NCBI RefSeq assembly: GCF_006345805.1
Contig: NC_043006.1
Coordinates: 4,278,001 to 4,342,000 of the forward strand
Length of the DNA stretch: 64,000 nucleotides
From: Octopus sinensis
Lineage: Eukaryota
Reading direction: 5' to 3'
The notes under the pieces are model-generated. The model was given only the letters and a program-made list of their open reading frames with translations, was not told where the DNA came from and did no database searches. Position 1 is the first letter of the stretch. Each line of letters opens with the position of its first letter. This document shows, one piece after another, positions 1-11,970 of the stretch. The position numbers and the translations under genes are program-made.

Positions 1-84
1 GGAAGCATGGAAGGACGGAAGAAAGAACGAAAGAAAGAAAGAAGGAAATAAGAAAGAAAGAAAGAGAGAAAGAAAGAAGGAAAT

Positions 85-120
<36 letters not shown>

Positions 121-230
121 AAATAATGAAAGAGAAACAAAGATAGGAAGAAAAAAGAAAATGAAGAATGAAATAAAGAATTTAAAAGATAAGGAAGGAA
201 ATAAAGAAAAAAGAAGAAAGAAAGAATGTA
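1..230. repeat. (GAAA)n-rich low-complexity tract
   Basis: Degenerate GAAA/GAAG repeats. Confidence 0.9.
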
Positions 231-244
231 TGAATCATATATAT

Positions 245-1330
245 TGTTGGGAATAGTTCAGTTCACGGTACTTCTTGACCTACTTTGCTTGGCTTAGAGA
301 CGGGAAGTCTGCAGTGTAAAGTTAAAGTCCTTTGTTTACTGGAAGAGTAATGGGTTTTTGGAGGGACCTTTGGCTTTGCCGGTCGATTAGCGGTCAGAGA
401 GATGTGAAGTAGGAGAAAGATAGAGTAAGGAATCTGAGAGCAGATAGAGAGGATGACAGCAGCAGCGCAATAAAGATAGAGTAGGGAATCTGAGAGCAGA
501 TAGAGAGGGTATAAGCAGTAGAGACAGATGGAGATTAGGGTAAGGGAAGGACAGAGCAAGTGAGGTTTTGAGGCAGTGGGTATTCGGTCGTCAGAGAGGA
601 CAGACGAATTTTGGAAGTCAGGGGAAGGAGTTGGAATTTTAGGAGCAAGCAGTTGGGATGCGAGAGCTTGGCAGGCTGGAGCTAGTAGCGACAGAAAGGG
701 ATATATACAGAGGAATAAGCGGTACAGAGAGAGATGAAGTGCAAGATGGGACATTGGCTATTCAATTAGGAATTAAGGTATTTGATTATGTATTGATACG
801 TGTCACGATGTAAAGAGACAGTGAAAAGAAATGAGACAGTGAAATGAACAATGTGAATTGAGTCAAGGACTTGTCGATGTGTCGATTATTGAGTTGTGGT
901 ATTTATGTTCAGAATTATGTTGATATGTGTAGAAAAAGACTTTAAAGAACTGTGAACGTTATCTGTTGAAGTGATTTGGAAAAGAACTGTGTCTTCGGAC
1001 GTGTACCTTTGAAATGCTGATATATTGACCTTGTTGTGTCGTCTCCGGACTGTTATATTGTTACTTGCATGTTTAAATGCTTTGATCTGTGGCATACCCG
1101 TATGATGTATTGATTTGTTGTTTCCTTTAAATGTATTTGATGTGTAACAATTGATTGTCATAAACTAGTGTTAAATGTAAGCCAGTTGTTGCCTTGTCGT
1201 TTTGTGTCTCTCTCGGTTGCCTCTCGGTATCTCTCTGTGCTGCTGTTGTTGTCGTTGTATCTCTCCTCTTCGGGTTCCGTGGCGAACTTGCCCGTTCGGG
1301 CGAGCGGCGACGGCGGGTGATTCCGTAACA
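245..1330. mobile_element. Solo-LTR-like element (Gypsy-type LTR or Ginger-like) with 4-bp TSD
   Basis: Starts TGTTGGGAAT, ends ATTCCGTAACA (short imperfect inverted termini, TG...CA). ATAT on both sides (241-244, 1331-1334). More GC-rich than the flanks; internal ~35-bp direct repeat near 418-510. Confidence 0.6.
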
Positions 1331-1339
1331 ATATGTATA

Positions 1340-1662
1340 TATGGTTAGAGCGTCGATCTTACGATCGTGAGGTTGTGAGCTCGAATCTCGGACCGGGCTG
1401 CGTGTTGTGTTCTTGAGCAAGACACTTTATTTCACGTTGCTCCAGTTCACTCAGCTGTAGAAATGAGTTGCGACGTCACAGGTGCCAAGCTGTATCGGCC
1501 CCTTTGCCTTTCCCTTGGTTAACACCGGTGGCGTGGAGAGGGGAGGCCGGTATGCTTGGCCGACTGCTGGTCTTCCATAAACCACCTTGCCCAGACTTGT
1601 GACTAGGAGGGTAACTTTCTAGGTGCAATCTCATGGTCAGTGTCGTGACCGAACGGGGTCAA
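1340..1662 (+). mobile_element. tRNA-derived SINE (family A)
   Basis: A/B-box-like head GGTTAGAGCG...GAGCTCGAATCTC followed by TTGAGCAAGACACTTTATTTCACGTTGCT; this body recurs at ~27397-27435. Confidence 0.75.
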
Positions 1663-1702
1663 CAACAATATATATATTGTTTATGTTTATCCTTCATCTC
1701 TC

Positions 1703-1801
<99 letters not shown>

Positions 1802-2763
1802 AATGAAGGATAAACATAAGGAATTCGAAGTCAGTTGGTTTCTATTTCGTGCATTATGACTGACCACCTTTGGGAAAATGTTTTGGAAATGTCTGTTAAA
1901 GACCTATTAATTTTGCATGAAAAAAAGGCATTTGGCTGTTATTTCTAGCATGTAAAATAATTTATGAACTAAATCTTTTAGCAAATGCTTCTTAAATTCC
2001 CCTTCAATGCCTGGAGTATTTAATTTCCTCAATTATGAACTACAAGGCAGTTCATTAGTTAATAATTAAGTTGATTCTAATCAACATAAGCTTAGGAGAC
2101 ATTTTAAGGTAAATCTGAAAATATAATTTATTTTAAGAGAAGCAGAGGGGAAAGGGTAATATATAATGAGGTGGGAGGAGATAGGGAGAGGGAAATCTAA
2201 GGAAGGGGAGGGATATATTAATGTATGGGCGGAGAGAAAGAAAGAAAGATAGAAAGAAAGAAATAAAGAAAGAAAGATAGATAGAATGAAAGAGGGAGAG
2301 ACAGAGAGAGATTTTTTAAGCAAGTGAGGGAGAGGATGAGGTAAGCGATATATTAAGGGAGGCGGAGTAGTTAAACTGAATACATAATGAGGTGCCGAGA
2401 GAAAAGTGACAAAGAGGGAGAAATCGATTGATAAGTTTTGTAGGCGAGAGAGAGAGAGAGAGAGTGAGAGAGAGGGGGTGGAAGAAAGATATAAAGTATG
2501 ACGTGAGTAAATGGGAGAGGGGGGTAAGAGAGAGAGAAAAGGAAAAAGAGAATAAAGGAGAAAAGGAAAAAGAAAAGAGAAAGTGAGAGAGAGAGAGCCA
2601 CAAAGAGAGTAGGCGAACGATAACAATATCTACAGGTAGAGGAAGGGTATGAGGTAATAGGCGGAGTCATCTGTTGAATATATAAAGATGGGAGGAGAGA
2701 ACGGATTCTGAGCAAGGGTAATAACTCTTATTACATCCCTTTGTAGTTTAAATTTATTTATTA

Positions 2764-3136
2764 CTAGCAGTATAGCCCGGCGTTGCTCAGATTTGTTTCG
2801 ACCCTTTAGAATTGGAATTTTTGAAAAGTAAAAGTTTTGCATTATGTAGTTTGTTATTCTCTTTAAGTGAACATTTTCCTGGTTGAAATACACCGAAAAA
2901 TGGCGACACAGCAGTCAAAAAATCGTAAAAGATAGGGATTTTCATAGAAAAAAAGCACATTTTGATGTAAATAATTTTTGGTGCTAACATGGTCTGATTT
3001 GAATTTGAGCAAGCCCTCTTCTATCATGCTCTCAATTTTGGTCAACTAGCGCCGCAGGGTCTCGGAGGAGATAGTATTAGTTGAAGCCTACCAAACCTGC
3101 CATACACAGACAACTTTAGCTTTATATATAGGGAGA
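2764..3136 (-). mobile_element. Non-autonomous Helitron
   Basis: Minus strand starts TC (3136) and ends with a GC-rich hairpin remnant plus CTAG (2767-2764). Inserted between A and T. 3' end near-identical to the Helitron end at 32380. Confidence 0.75.
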
Positions 3137-3531
3137 TTTTGTTAAATAAAATTTGTATTACTGCTCATTCTGTGAAGATTTCCAAATATGATTTAATGTA
3201 AATAATATATCGAAGTGCTTATAATGCAATACCTATATAAATAGCGAACATTTCTCCATATCACTGATTCAATTTTCGTCAAATACCTAAAAAATTCGCA
3301 TTTTTTACACTTGCGATTTTTACTTTGCACTCTCCTGAAATTGTCAAACAGCTTCAAACAGACGAATCCTACTCGATTCACAACTTAAAGAAGGACACAT
3401 TATATAATGTGGTTATGGGTTGTCTATGCTTAGGAAAAAAAACAGGATGGTCCTGGGTGGAAAGCATTTGAACATAGGTCTCTGTTTGTCGAAGGTAGAA
3501 TCAAGACGATAGCACCGTTTTCTACAGAAAT

Positions 3532-3731
3532 TCAATTTACGTCTAATGACAGATGTGCATCGAAACACTCCGTTTTATTAAGAGCATCCTTTAAAGTTCC
3601 AAGCGTACGTTTCGGTGGATCGCAACTTGTAAACCATTTATACAACATCTGGAAACTCTGTTCTACAACATCATTAGAGTAATTGTATTTGATAACATCC
3701 AGGTCCACTTGTTTGATTCTTAATTCCCTTC
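3532..3731 (-). CDS. Terminal exon, C-terminal part of Death domain
   Basis: Acceptor tcttttgcag|GA, then (G)RELRIKQVDLDVIKYNYSNDVVEQSFQMLYKWFTSCDPPKRTLGTLKDALNKTECFDAHLSLDVN*. The EQ..QML..W and TL..L..AL motifs are typical of Death domains. Confidence 0.85.
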
Positions 3732-4029
3732 CTGCAAAAGATACAAAGCAAACATAATTGCAACAATATTACCGATAGGTTGTTATGAATATAACAAAGA
3801 AATTATGTGATTAGAGGAATGAGAAATACTTAAGAAACAGGGAAAATAGAAGACATTGGTCTCTATTTCTAAAGATGTTGACAAAAATAAACATTTTGAA
3901 ATAAAGGCTGGAAATGGAGAAAACATTTTGAAAAAGAATTAACTGAAAGTTACACGAGAAAATGTTTGGTAAACAGCAGGGTAATAGTGTATGAGAACCT
4001 AAAGAATCAATAGAGACCAACAGTTACAC

Positions 4030-4455
4030 GATTTGATCCATCCATCCATTTTTTCTGTCCTTTATTCACAGAAGGGTTGCTGGGGTAGAGTCTTTAGGAA
4101 TCTCCTTCGTCGGGTCCTATCAGAAGCTTTTCTGAATCCATTCTCAAAGATGACCAATTGAAACTATGGATCTTATCCAACAATCTAGTCTCGATCTACC
4201 CCTAGGGGTCTCCTGTCACTTGGCTCAGCTTGATGAAGCCGTTTTGCGATTCATTTTTGTGACATTCTAATCACGTTTCTGTATTACTGGAGTTCTGACT
4301 CCTCAATGCAGAGAAGCAGCCGTTTGACCTGGAGAGACACCCAAATCTCCAACTTAGACACCCTGTCGAGTAACGTTACTCTCAATTTCCGACGTTTGAT
4401 AACATCTCATGGTCAATGCCTCAAATAGTCATCTGTGATGCTTGTTCTTCCATCA
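4030..4455 (-). mobile_element. Degenerate RTE-type LINE 3' fragment
   Basis: Minus-strand remnant resembling the RTE C-terminal 'LRW.GHV.RM...RP.G' region (HVIRMSQK...RRPLG). Confidence 0.45.
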
Positions 4456-4499
4456 CTATTTAATAATTCTTTTCTACTCTACTTTTTTTTGGGGGGGGG

Positions 4500-4848
4500 G
4501 CAGTCCATTAGATCGACCCCAGTACACAACTGGTATTTAATTTATCGACCCCGAAAGGATGAAAGGCAAAGTCGACCTCGGCGGAATTTGAACTCAGAAC
4601 GTAGCGGCAGACGAAATACCTATTTCTTTACTACCCACAAGGGGCTAAACACAGAGGGGACAAACAAGGACAGACAAACGGATTAAGTCGATTACATCGA
4701 CCCCAGTGCGTAATTGGTACTTAATTTATCGACCCCGATAGGATGAAAGGCAAAGTCGACCTCGGCGGAATTTGAACTCAGAACGTAACTGCAGACGAAA
4801 TACGGCCACGCATTTCGCCCGGCGTGCTAACCACTCTGCCAGCTCGCC
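4500..4848 (-). mobile_element. Two tandem/nested copies of tRNA-derived SINE family B
   Basis: Minus strand GGCGAGCTGGCAGA...GAGTTCAAATTCCGCCGAGGTCGACTTTGCCTTTCATCC..TCGGGGTCGATAAAT. The CCTTTCATCC...GGTCGATAAA core resembles the Deu/Nin SINE domain. Many other copies in the window. Confidence 0.85.
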
Positions 4849-5359
4849 TAATAATTAATAAGTATCAACATTTACAAATATCTGGAAAGCGAAGATTGAA
4901 ATGTCTAATACCAGTGATATTTGGTACACCTGGATCAATTAAAACAGAAATGGGCGCGATACTAGGAATGATTTCAATCACACAAACAAACAATTCAATA
5001 TTGCTTGCTACACATCACATATTATAAAAGTAAACAACTTAGTCTAACTGCCTAAATAACAACAACAACAACAATCTATCAGTAAATTTAGTAGAAATGT
5101 AAACAAACAGAAACATTGACATTAACTCACCTGTTTACCTGTAAACAATAATATAATTTAGTTACCTGTTCCAAACGACACTATTAACTCTTGTGAATCT
5201 TCTAATTTATTTATTTCACCAACCTCAATGAAATTTCAGTAATATCTTTCGCTAACCATTTAATAGGAAATAAGGAATGGAACCTGTTCTCTGTCATTCT
5301 AACAAACAAAAGTTCAAATGATGGCAAAATTTATAGAAATCAAGTATTTTTTTACTTAC

Positions 5360-5431
5360 CAACTTGCTGCCATTTATTCCCTCACTTCTTTGCTACACTA
5401 TGAAGATGTTTCTCACCCAGGTTTACAGACT
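5360..5431 (-). CDS. 72-nt phase-1/1 exon, first Death-domain helices, with premature TGA
   Basis: tttatttcag|AG...GTTG|gtaagt; (E)SVNLGEKHLHSVAKK*GNKWQQVG matches the L..VA..LG..W...G Death-domain start. Confidence 0.8.
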
Positions 5432-5799
5432 CTGAAATAAATATTTCCAAATTTTACACGTCATAGTATAATTCCTCTGTCTCTGTTAATTGGTTTTTAT
5501 TTTATTACTGTAAGACATTCCTATCATCAATGGTCAGCTGGTGACCACTATGGTTTTGGTCATTATTTTTATACTTCTTTCGTGGTCCCATGGAATAGCT
5601 CAATATTTACGTCCATAACCAAACAGACTAACCTTCCTAGACTTCTCTCTATTAAGACATCCTACATTCATTATCAAGTAACGTAGCAATTATCTCGTTT
5701 ATTTATCAATTGAAGAAACTGTTGTTTCCTTAGTTTTATCTTTTGTTTCTTATGTCTGTGCCAAATCTATTATATGGTATTTTCATGTCATCCATGGGT

Positions 5800-7000
5800 A
5801 CCTTCATAGGTGATTTCTCTTGAATCATCTCTCTTGATCAATCTGCTGATCAAAGGAACGTCTCCATAACAGGCACAAATAAAATTATTTTGTGCAATCT
5901 ACAGCAATTACGATTTCAAGATGTTGACAATCTTTTGTGAAATATTTTGTCACAAACTGCATATTGAAATTGTTATAGCAGCTCTTCATCAGATCCTTAC
6001 TCTTCTCCCATATATAAAAGAAGTTCATTGCGTCCATCATCAATTGATTGGAGACATCTACTGCATGATAGAAGGCCAAAAACCAACTCAAGCCTTAAGG
6101 CATTCAAATCCCTTTTAATTTTCCTTTGTGTCTTCTATCGCATCCCAGACAGAAAATCCATGTTCTACTTATAAGGGTTCCGGAGATGCCAACCTTCTGG
6201 ACACTTTCTCTCAGCCATTATTTTGTAGATATAATTCTGATCTCTTGGTAAGCACACCCATGTAAATCTTTGCCATTTACATTCTAGATAAAAGAATGTC
6301 GATCAAACTGGACGATCGGTTTTGGATCAGCTTTGTTTGGTAAGTAAACTCATTCTGCCTTGCACCAGTCATTAACCAGACCCCCTTTATACTCCAGCTC
6401 TCAACGTAGGCGGAAAAGCTTATACCATAACTGTGTACAATACTTGTACACATTGTATGGCACACCATCACCCCCTGTTTTACTCTTCATACTTGCCCTC
6501 TTCATAAAACAATTTACTTCTTTCTTACTGAAATCACCAAGCTGAAATATTTGATCCTTAGTTTTCTGGGTGTTTCAAACCATGCACAAGTGGGAACAGT
6601 TGATCCCGCTTTACGGTCATTGTAGATATTACCTATATGCTTGTTCAGCTCATTTTCAGTACATTTCTACCTGCCGCCCTTAGCATCTGCAAACAGCCTC
6701 CTAGTAACCTGTAAAGCTTCTTAAGGAGCTACTCACCAATCATTTTTCTCTTTCGTCTTTCGAAGCATCTGATATTTCTTTGTATAAGTTAAAGGAGAGC
6801 GTTTAATATTCTTGTAGACATTACAAACTTTCTATAGCTTTAGGCACAATAAATTGCACCCAGGACAATCTATAAAGTGACTGGTGTTAGGGGGAGCATA
6901 CCACCTTAGAAAAGTTGGAATGTTTAAGTGAGACATGTTCCTCAACCAATGTGGGTGGGTGGTAACTCTGAATAAAAACTGATTTAGACACTGACGACAC
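5800..7000 (-). mobile_element. Old L1/Tx1-like LINE relic
   Basis: Fragment NEFTY...SSLIDILL resembles the APE endonuclease C-terminal FT....S.ID motif; heavily decayed. Confidence 0.3.
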
Positions 7001-7688
7001 ATCCAATGCATGGCAGCTTGAAAAATCAGATGATAAATTATGAGGACATCATTTAATGCATTATATCTTGCAAAAAGTATTTATCTTGAAGAAAGGGTGA
7101 TAGAGAGAAAGAGAGAGAGAGAGAGTGTGTGTGTGTGTGACAATGGTTGTCCAAGAATGAAACCAAAGTCTTTTTTAGTAGATAAAATGATAGATTTACT
7201 ATCAGTGATAGGGTGGTCGTCACTTGACAACACTGTTTTTCTCTTGGTTTTGCCTTTTGTTGCTTATATCTAGGTCAGAGGTCAGATCTATTATATGGTA
7301 TTTTTATGTCATCGCTTTCATTGTAATTCTACCAACTTATGAAAGACATCTGCTTAAAAAACAACAATAACAATTCTTCAATAAACAATAAAAATGTGAA
7401 ACAAACAAAACCATAATTAACTCACCTGTTTACGCTTAAACAACATCATTAGTTTCTTGATCAAAAGACAAAATTAACTCTACTGAGTCTTCTAATTTAA
7501 ACATTATTACCAACAACAAAGATATCGATTTACCTTTCAGTAAATAAACAGCTTTAATAAAAGCATTATACAGCTTAATCTATCCATTGGAAAGAAGAAA
7601 GCTGTTTTCAGTTATTCTTTCAAGTACAATATTCCCAGGTGAAGCAAACCTTATAGAAATCAATTAGGAACTGTTATTTTATACTCAC

Positions 7689-7760
7689 CACCTTGCTGGG
7701 ATGTAGACTGCAATGACAAGGGATCAGTTTGTACACCCTTGTCCTCAAACATTTGAGACA
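7689..7760 (-). CDS. 72-nt phase-1/1 linker exon
   Basis: tttttttcag|TG...GGTG|gtgagt; (V)SQMFEDKGVQTDPLSLQSTSQQG, open frame. Confidence 0.75.
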
Positions 7761-7980
7761 CTGAAAAAAATATTTCCAAGTTTTACATTTAATAGTATTT
7801 ATTATTAATAATGTATATTTTATTATTGTGAGATATTTCTATCATCAATGGTCAACTGGTGACCCATATTCTTTTGGTCATCATTTTTATGCTTTCGATC
7901 GCGGTCACATTAACAGCACCAAATTTAGATTGACAACAAAATAGACAAAGGTTCCTGAATCTTCGGTCTTTATCAATAAT

Positions 7981-8175
7981 ACTCTTTTACTTGTTTCAGT
8001 TATTTGACTGTGGCCATGCTGCAGCACCGCCTTTAGTTGAGCAAATCGACCCCGGAGCTTATTTGTAAGCCTAGTACTTATTCTATCGGTCTCTTTTGCC
8101 GAACCGCTAAGTTACGGGGACATAAACACACCAGCATCGGTTGTCAAGCGATGTTGGTGGACAAACACAGACACA

Positions 8176-8212
<37 letters not shown>

Positions 8213-8385
8213 ACACACACACATATATATATATACATATATACGACGGGCTTCTTCCAGTTTCCGTCTACCAAATCCACTCACAAGGCTTTGGTCGGCC
8301 CGAGGCTATAGTAGAAGACACTTGCCCAAGGTGCCACGCAGTGGGACTGAACCCGGAACCATGTGGTTCGTAAGCAAACTACTTA
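7981..8385 (-). mobile_element. tRNA-derived SINE family C with internal (CA)n
   Basis: Minus strand GGTTCCGGGTTCAGTCCCACTGCGTGGCACCTTGGGCAAGTGTCTTC...; tail GGCGGTGCTGCAGCATGGCC. Other copies at ~15593-15712 and ~43155-43620. Confidence 0.85.
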
Positions 8386-8616
8386 CCTATTTCTTTACTA
8401 CGCACAATGGGCTAAACACACAGAGGACAAACAAGGACAGACAAACGGATTAAGTCGATTATATCGACCCCAGTGCGTAACTGGTACTTATTTAATCGAC
8501 CCCGAAAGGATGAAAGGCAAAGTCGACCTCGGAGGAATTTGAACTCAGAACGTAGCGGCAGAAAAAATACCGCTAAGCATTTCGCCCGGCGTGCTAACGT
8601 TTCTGCCAGCTCGCCG
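8386..8616 (-). mobile_element. SINE family B abutting the head of SINE C
   Basis: Near-identical to 4620-4848. Confidence 0.85.
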
Positions 8617-8955
8617 CTGGCAACATGTTGCTACAAATATCTGGATAACTAGCAGCAACAGCAACAACAAGAATAATCTATCGGAAAACTTAGTCAGGAA
8701 ATTAAGAGGAAAAAGAAACAAAATCTTCATCTTCAACTTACACGAAAAACAAAAGATTTTTTAGTTCCCTGTTCTAAAAGATAATATCAACTCTATTGTA
8801 TTTTCTAATTTATCCATTTTACAAACCATGCTAGACTCGATGTTATGAATTTTCAGTAATATCTTAAAATACGATGACTTTACATCTAACCTCACAAATG
8901 AATGGAACGTGGTATCAGTCATTTGGTCAAATATATATATATATATTTTTTTTTT

Positions 8956-11797
8956 CTAGTTTCAGCTCAGAGCTGCGGCCATGCTGATGCACCGCCGTTT
9001 TGTGCTACACTGTTGTTTCGACGAACCTCGTCTAATATGTGGCACTTGGTGAAGAATGGAGTTTGATACAGCTACTCTCATTTGCACCTCTTGCCGTGAG
9101 GTAGGTTCATCTGGGACTCTTGACAGGAATATGTCCAGCTTTGATTTAAAAACCGCTACATCTACTTTGTGCAAGTTCCTCAGACTCTTTGGGAGAATAT
9201 TAAAAAGCTGTGGGCCCTTGAAACCCAGGCTGTTGCAGAAGCTGGTCCTGAAGCGTGATGGCATTGCTGGGATCTTTGGCACTATGCAGTGTCGTCCCGT
9301 TCTAGCATTGGTGTAGCTTACAATGCCAAAATTTGGCACAATTCCTTCCAGGAACTTCCAAACATATATTACTGCATACCTCTCCCGTCATCTCTCCAGG
9401 GAGTAAAAGTCTTAGCTGTTTCAACCTTTCCCAGTAGCTGAGCTGTTGCAAAGAGACGATCTTCTTTGTGAATCTTTTCTGGATTGCTTCAAGGTCTGCT
9501 GTTAATTTTACACTGGTGGGTGACCATAGCACTGAGCAGTAATCCAGGCGGCTGAGGACAAATGTCCACCAGAGGACCATCATGGTTTCCTTATCTCTGG
9601 TTCTGAATGTTCTTAGGATCCATCCAGCCAGTCGTCTGCACTTTGTCGCCATCCTGGTAATGTGCACTTGGAAAGAGGTATCATCACTCATGTCGATACC
9701 ACGGTCCCTCACAGACTTAGGCTCTGGGATTGAAATTCCCTGTGGACCGGTGTATCCTGTAAGTTTAATATTCAATTTTGGATGCTGGTAGCGCAGAGCC
9801 TGGAATTTTTCAGCATTAAACTGCATATTATTATCTTCAGCCCATCTGTAGATTGAGCCCAACTCCTGCTGCAGGTGTGCAACATCGCTGGGGTTGTGTA
9901 TTTTCTGCGAGACTTTCGTATCGTCTGCATAGCTGGCCAGAGTGGCTATCCAGGCATTTGAGGGCATATCTGAGAGGGCCACTATAAAAAGCAGTGGTCC
10001 CAAGACAGTGCCCTGTGGAACACCGCTCACTATTTGTGTGTTCATAGAGGTGGCTCCATTAGCCACTACTGCCTTGCTCCTATCTTTCAGGAAGTCATGA
10101 TACCACAGTCCAAGTTTTCCAGCTATGCCGAGGTCACGTAGTTTGTAGCATATCATACCATGATCAACCTTGTCAAAAGCTTTTGCAAAATTAAGGTAGA
10201 TAAATATCCACATTTGATTTGTTGAGTAACTGCCTCAACACCCAGTCATAATGCTGTAAGAGCTGGGTCAGGCAGCTCCTACCTGGTCGAAAACCATGCT
10301 GGGTATTACTCAGCAAGTTATTTTCCTCAAGGAATGCGATTAGTTTCCCTCTGACTATCCTTTCCATGACTTTGCTGATGTGTGAAGTCAGAGAGATAGG
10401 CCTACAGTTTTTGGCATCTGCTCTACTTCCCCCTTTATGTATTGGGTATATTATTCCCTCCTTCAGTTTGCTTGGCAGTTTGCTATTTGTAAGAAAGCTC
10501 TGGCAGAGAATCTTGAGGGGTTTTGCCAGGGCATGTTTACACGCTTTGAGGAGGATTGCTGGGAAACCGTCTGGACCAGCAGCTGAGTTTTGTCCACTTC
10601 ATCTATGGCTAGTAGGACATCTTTTTCGCTAATGTCAATACATTCTATTGTAACCGCCTCACTGGTTATAGGGGAGGCGGCAAAGAAGTCCACTGGTTCG
10701 TTCACTTGTCTGTGTTCCAATGGGGTGGTAAAGACACTTTTGAACTGGTCATTCAGCATCTCACTGATCATAGTTGGACTGTCTGTGAGGGAGCCAACCT
10801 TTTGGAGGAGGGGTCCTATCTTGTAGTGCACTGAGACTGTTTCTTTCGCGTAATGAAAGAAGGCCTTTGGGTTTGATTTAATATTTTTATAACCCAGGCT
10901 TCTTTGTCTGCTTTCTCCTTCACATAGGATTGTTGCAGCCTATATATATATATATATATAGGATTCACATAGGATTGTTGCAGCCTTTTTTCCATCTCTA
11001 TCAGTGTTGTTTTTAGGCGGGATGTTTCGCTACTTTTGGGATGTTGGTTGAGACGATTTGCAACCTTCGTCCGTCGTCTCATGAGGATCTTCCTGTCTCT
11101 TGGAATCTTGCTCCTATTTGTTTTGGCCTTGTGCTCTGGGACATATTTCTGGCATACGGCTTGCACAGAAGACATGAAACATTCTAGTTTCATGTCAATG
11201 TCTGGTGTGGAGAGACATTCCGGCCAGACCTCTCTGAGGATCTCTTTTTGGATCGATTTCCAATCTGCTTTGTGGAAGTTCAGATTGGAGAGATTTCGGG
11301 TGCTTCCTTTAGGCTGTATGTCTCTGGTTACTTTCGGCCCAAACATAGACAGCTCTATTATGTTGTGATCCGAAACTGATGTCGGTGTCACTTTCACATC
11401 ATGAATGATGTCCATATTGTTCGTGAAGCAGAGATCCAGAATGTTATTCGCCCTAGTTGGCTTGAGTACAACTTGCTCCATGAATAAGGCATTAGTGAGG
11501 CTGAGCAGGGACTCCACCTGTACTTGCTTGCAATGATTCATTCCTGAGAGTATGTGACCTTCGGGCCATTTGACGTTGGGGAAGTTGAAATCACCCATAA
11601 GAAATATGGTCACGTGGTGTTCCAGATTCATGAGGATTTCTTTAATTCTTGTGAGGCAAACTTCAAACTTGCCTATGTGATTTGGGGCATCCGGTGGGCA
11701 ATATGTATTGCATATGACTATATTATGTTGTCTTATGTATACAATTAAGGTGTCACATACCGAATTTGAGTATGTCATCAAGACTTGGGGTGTGAGG

Positions 11798-11798
<1 letters not shown>
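8956..11798 (-). mobile_element. CR1-like LINE ORF2 (APE endonuclease + RT), frameshifted, 5'-truncated
   Basis: ORFs 10816-11955 (GDFN, ILDLCFTN, SDHN), 10463-10831, 9302-10213 (KAFDKVDH, PQGTVLGPLLF, YADD) and 8962-9339. Short poly-A at 8947-8955; (TA)n on both sides. Confidence 0.92.
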
Positions 11799-11854
<56 letters not shown>

Positions 11855-11859
11855 CATAC

Positions 11860-11922
<63 letters not shown>

Positions 11923-11970
11923 CATACATACATACATATATATATATATATGCATTCATATATATATATA

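Noticed and set aside
263-754. 163-aa ORF as a host gene
   Set aside because: Low-complexity, inside the LTR-like element, no domain.
1340-1400. tRNA gene
   Set aside because: A/B-box-like head runs into a SINE body; no complete cloverleaf. The same holds for SINE B and C heads.
3200-3531. SECIS element explaining the two UGA codons as selenocysteine
   Set aside because: No convincing SECIS stem-loop seen downstream of the stop, and neither UGA occupies a cysteine position of the RING or Death domain.
5765-7313. 28-bp direct repeat ATCTATTATATGGTATTT..ATGTCATC as the TSD of the intervening LINE relic
   Set aside because: Similarity extends ~50 bp further left in both copies, so it is better explained as the tail of another duplicated cassette module.
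7425-7492. Additional coding exon ending at the conserved GTGAGT donor
   Set aside because: All three frames from the nearest ttag acceptor contain stops.
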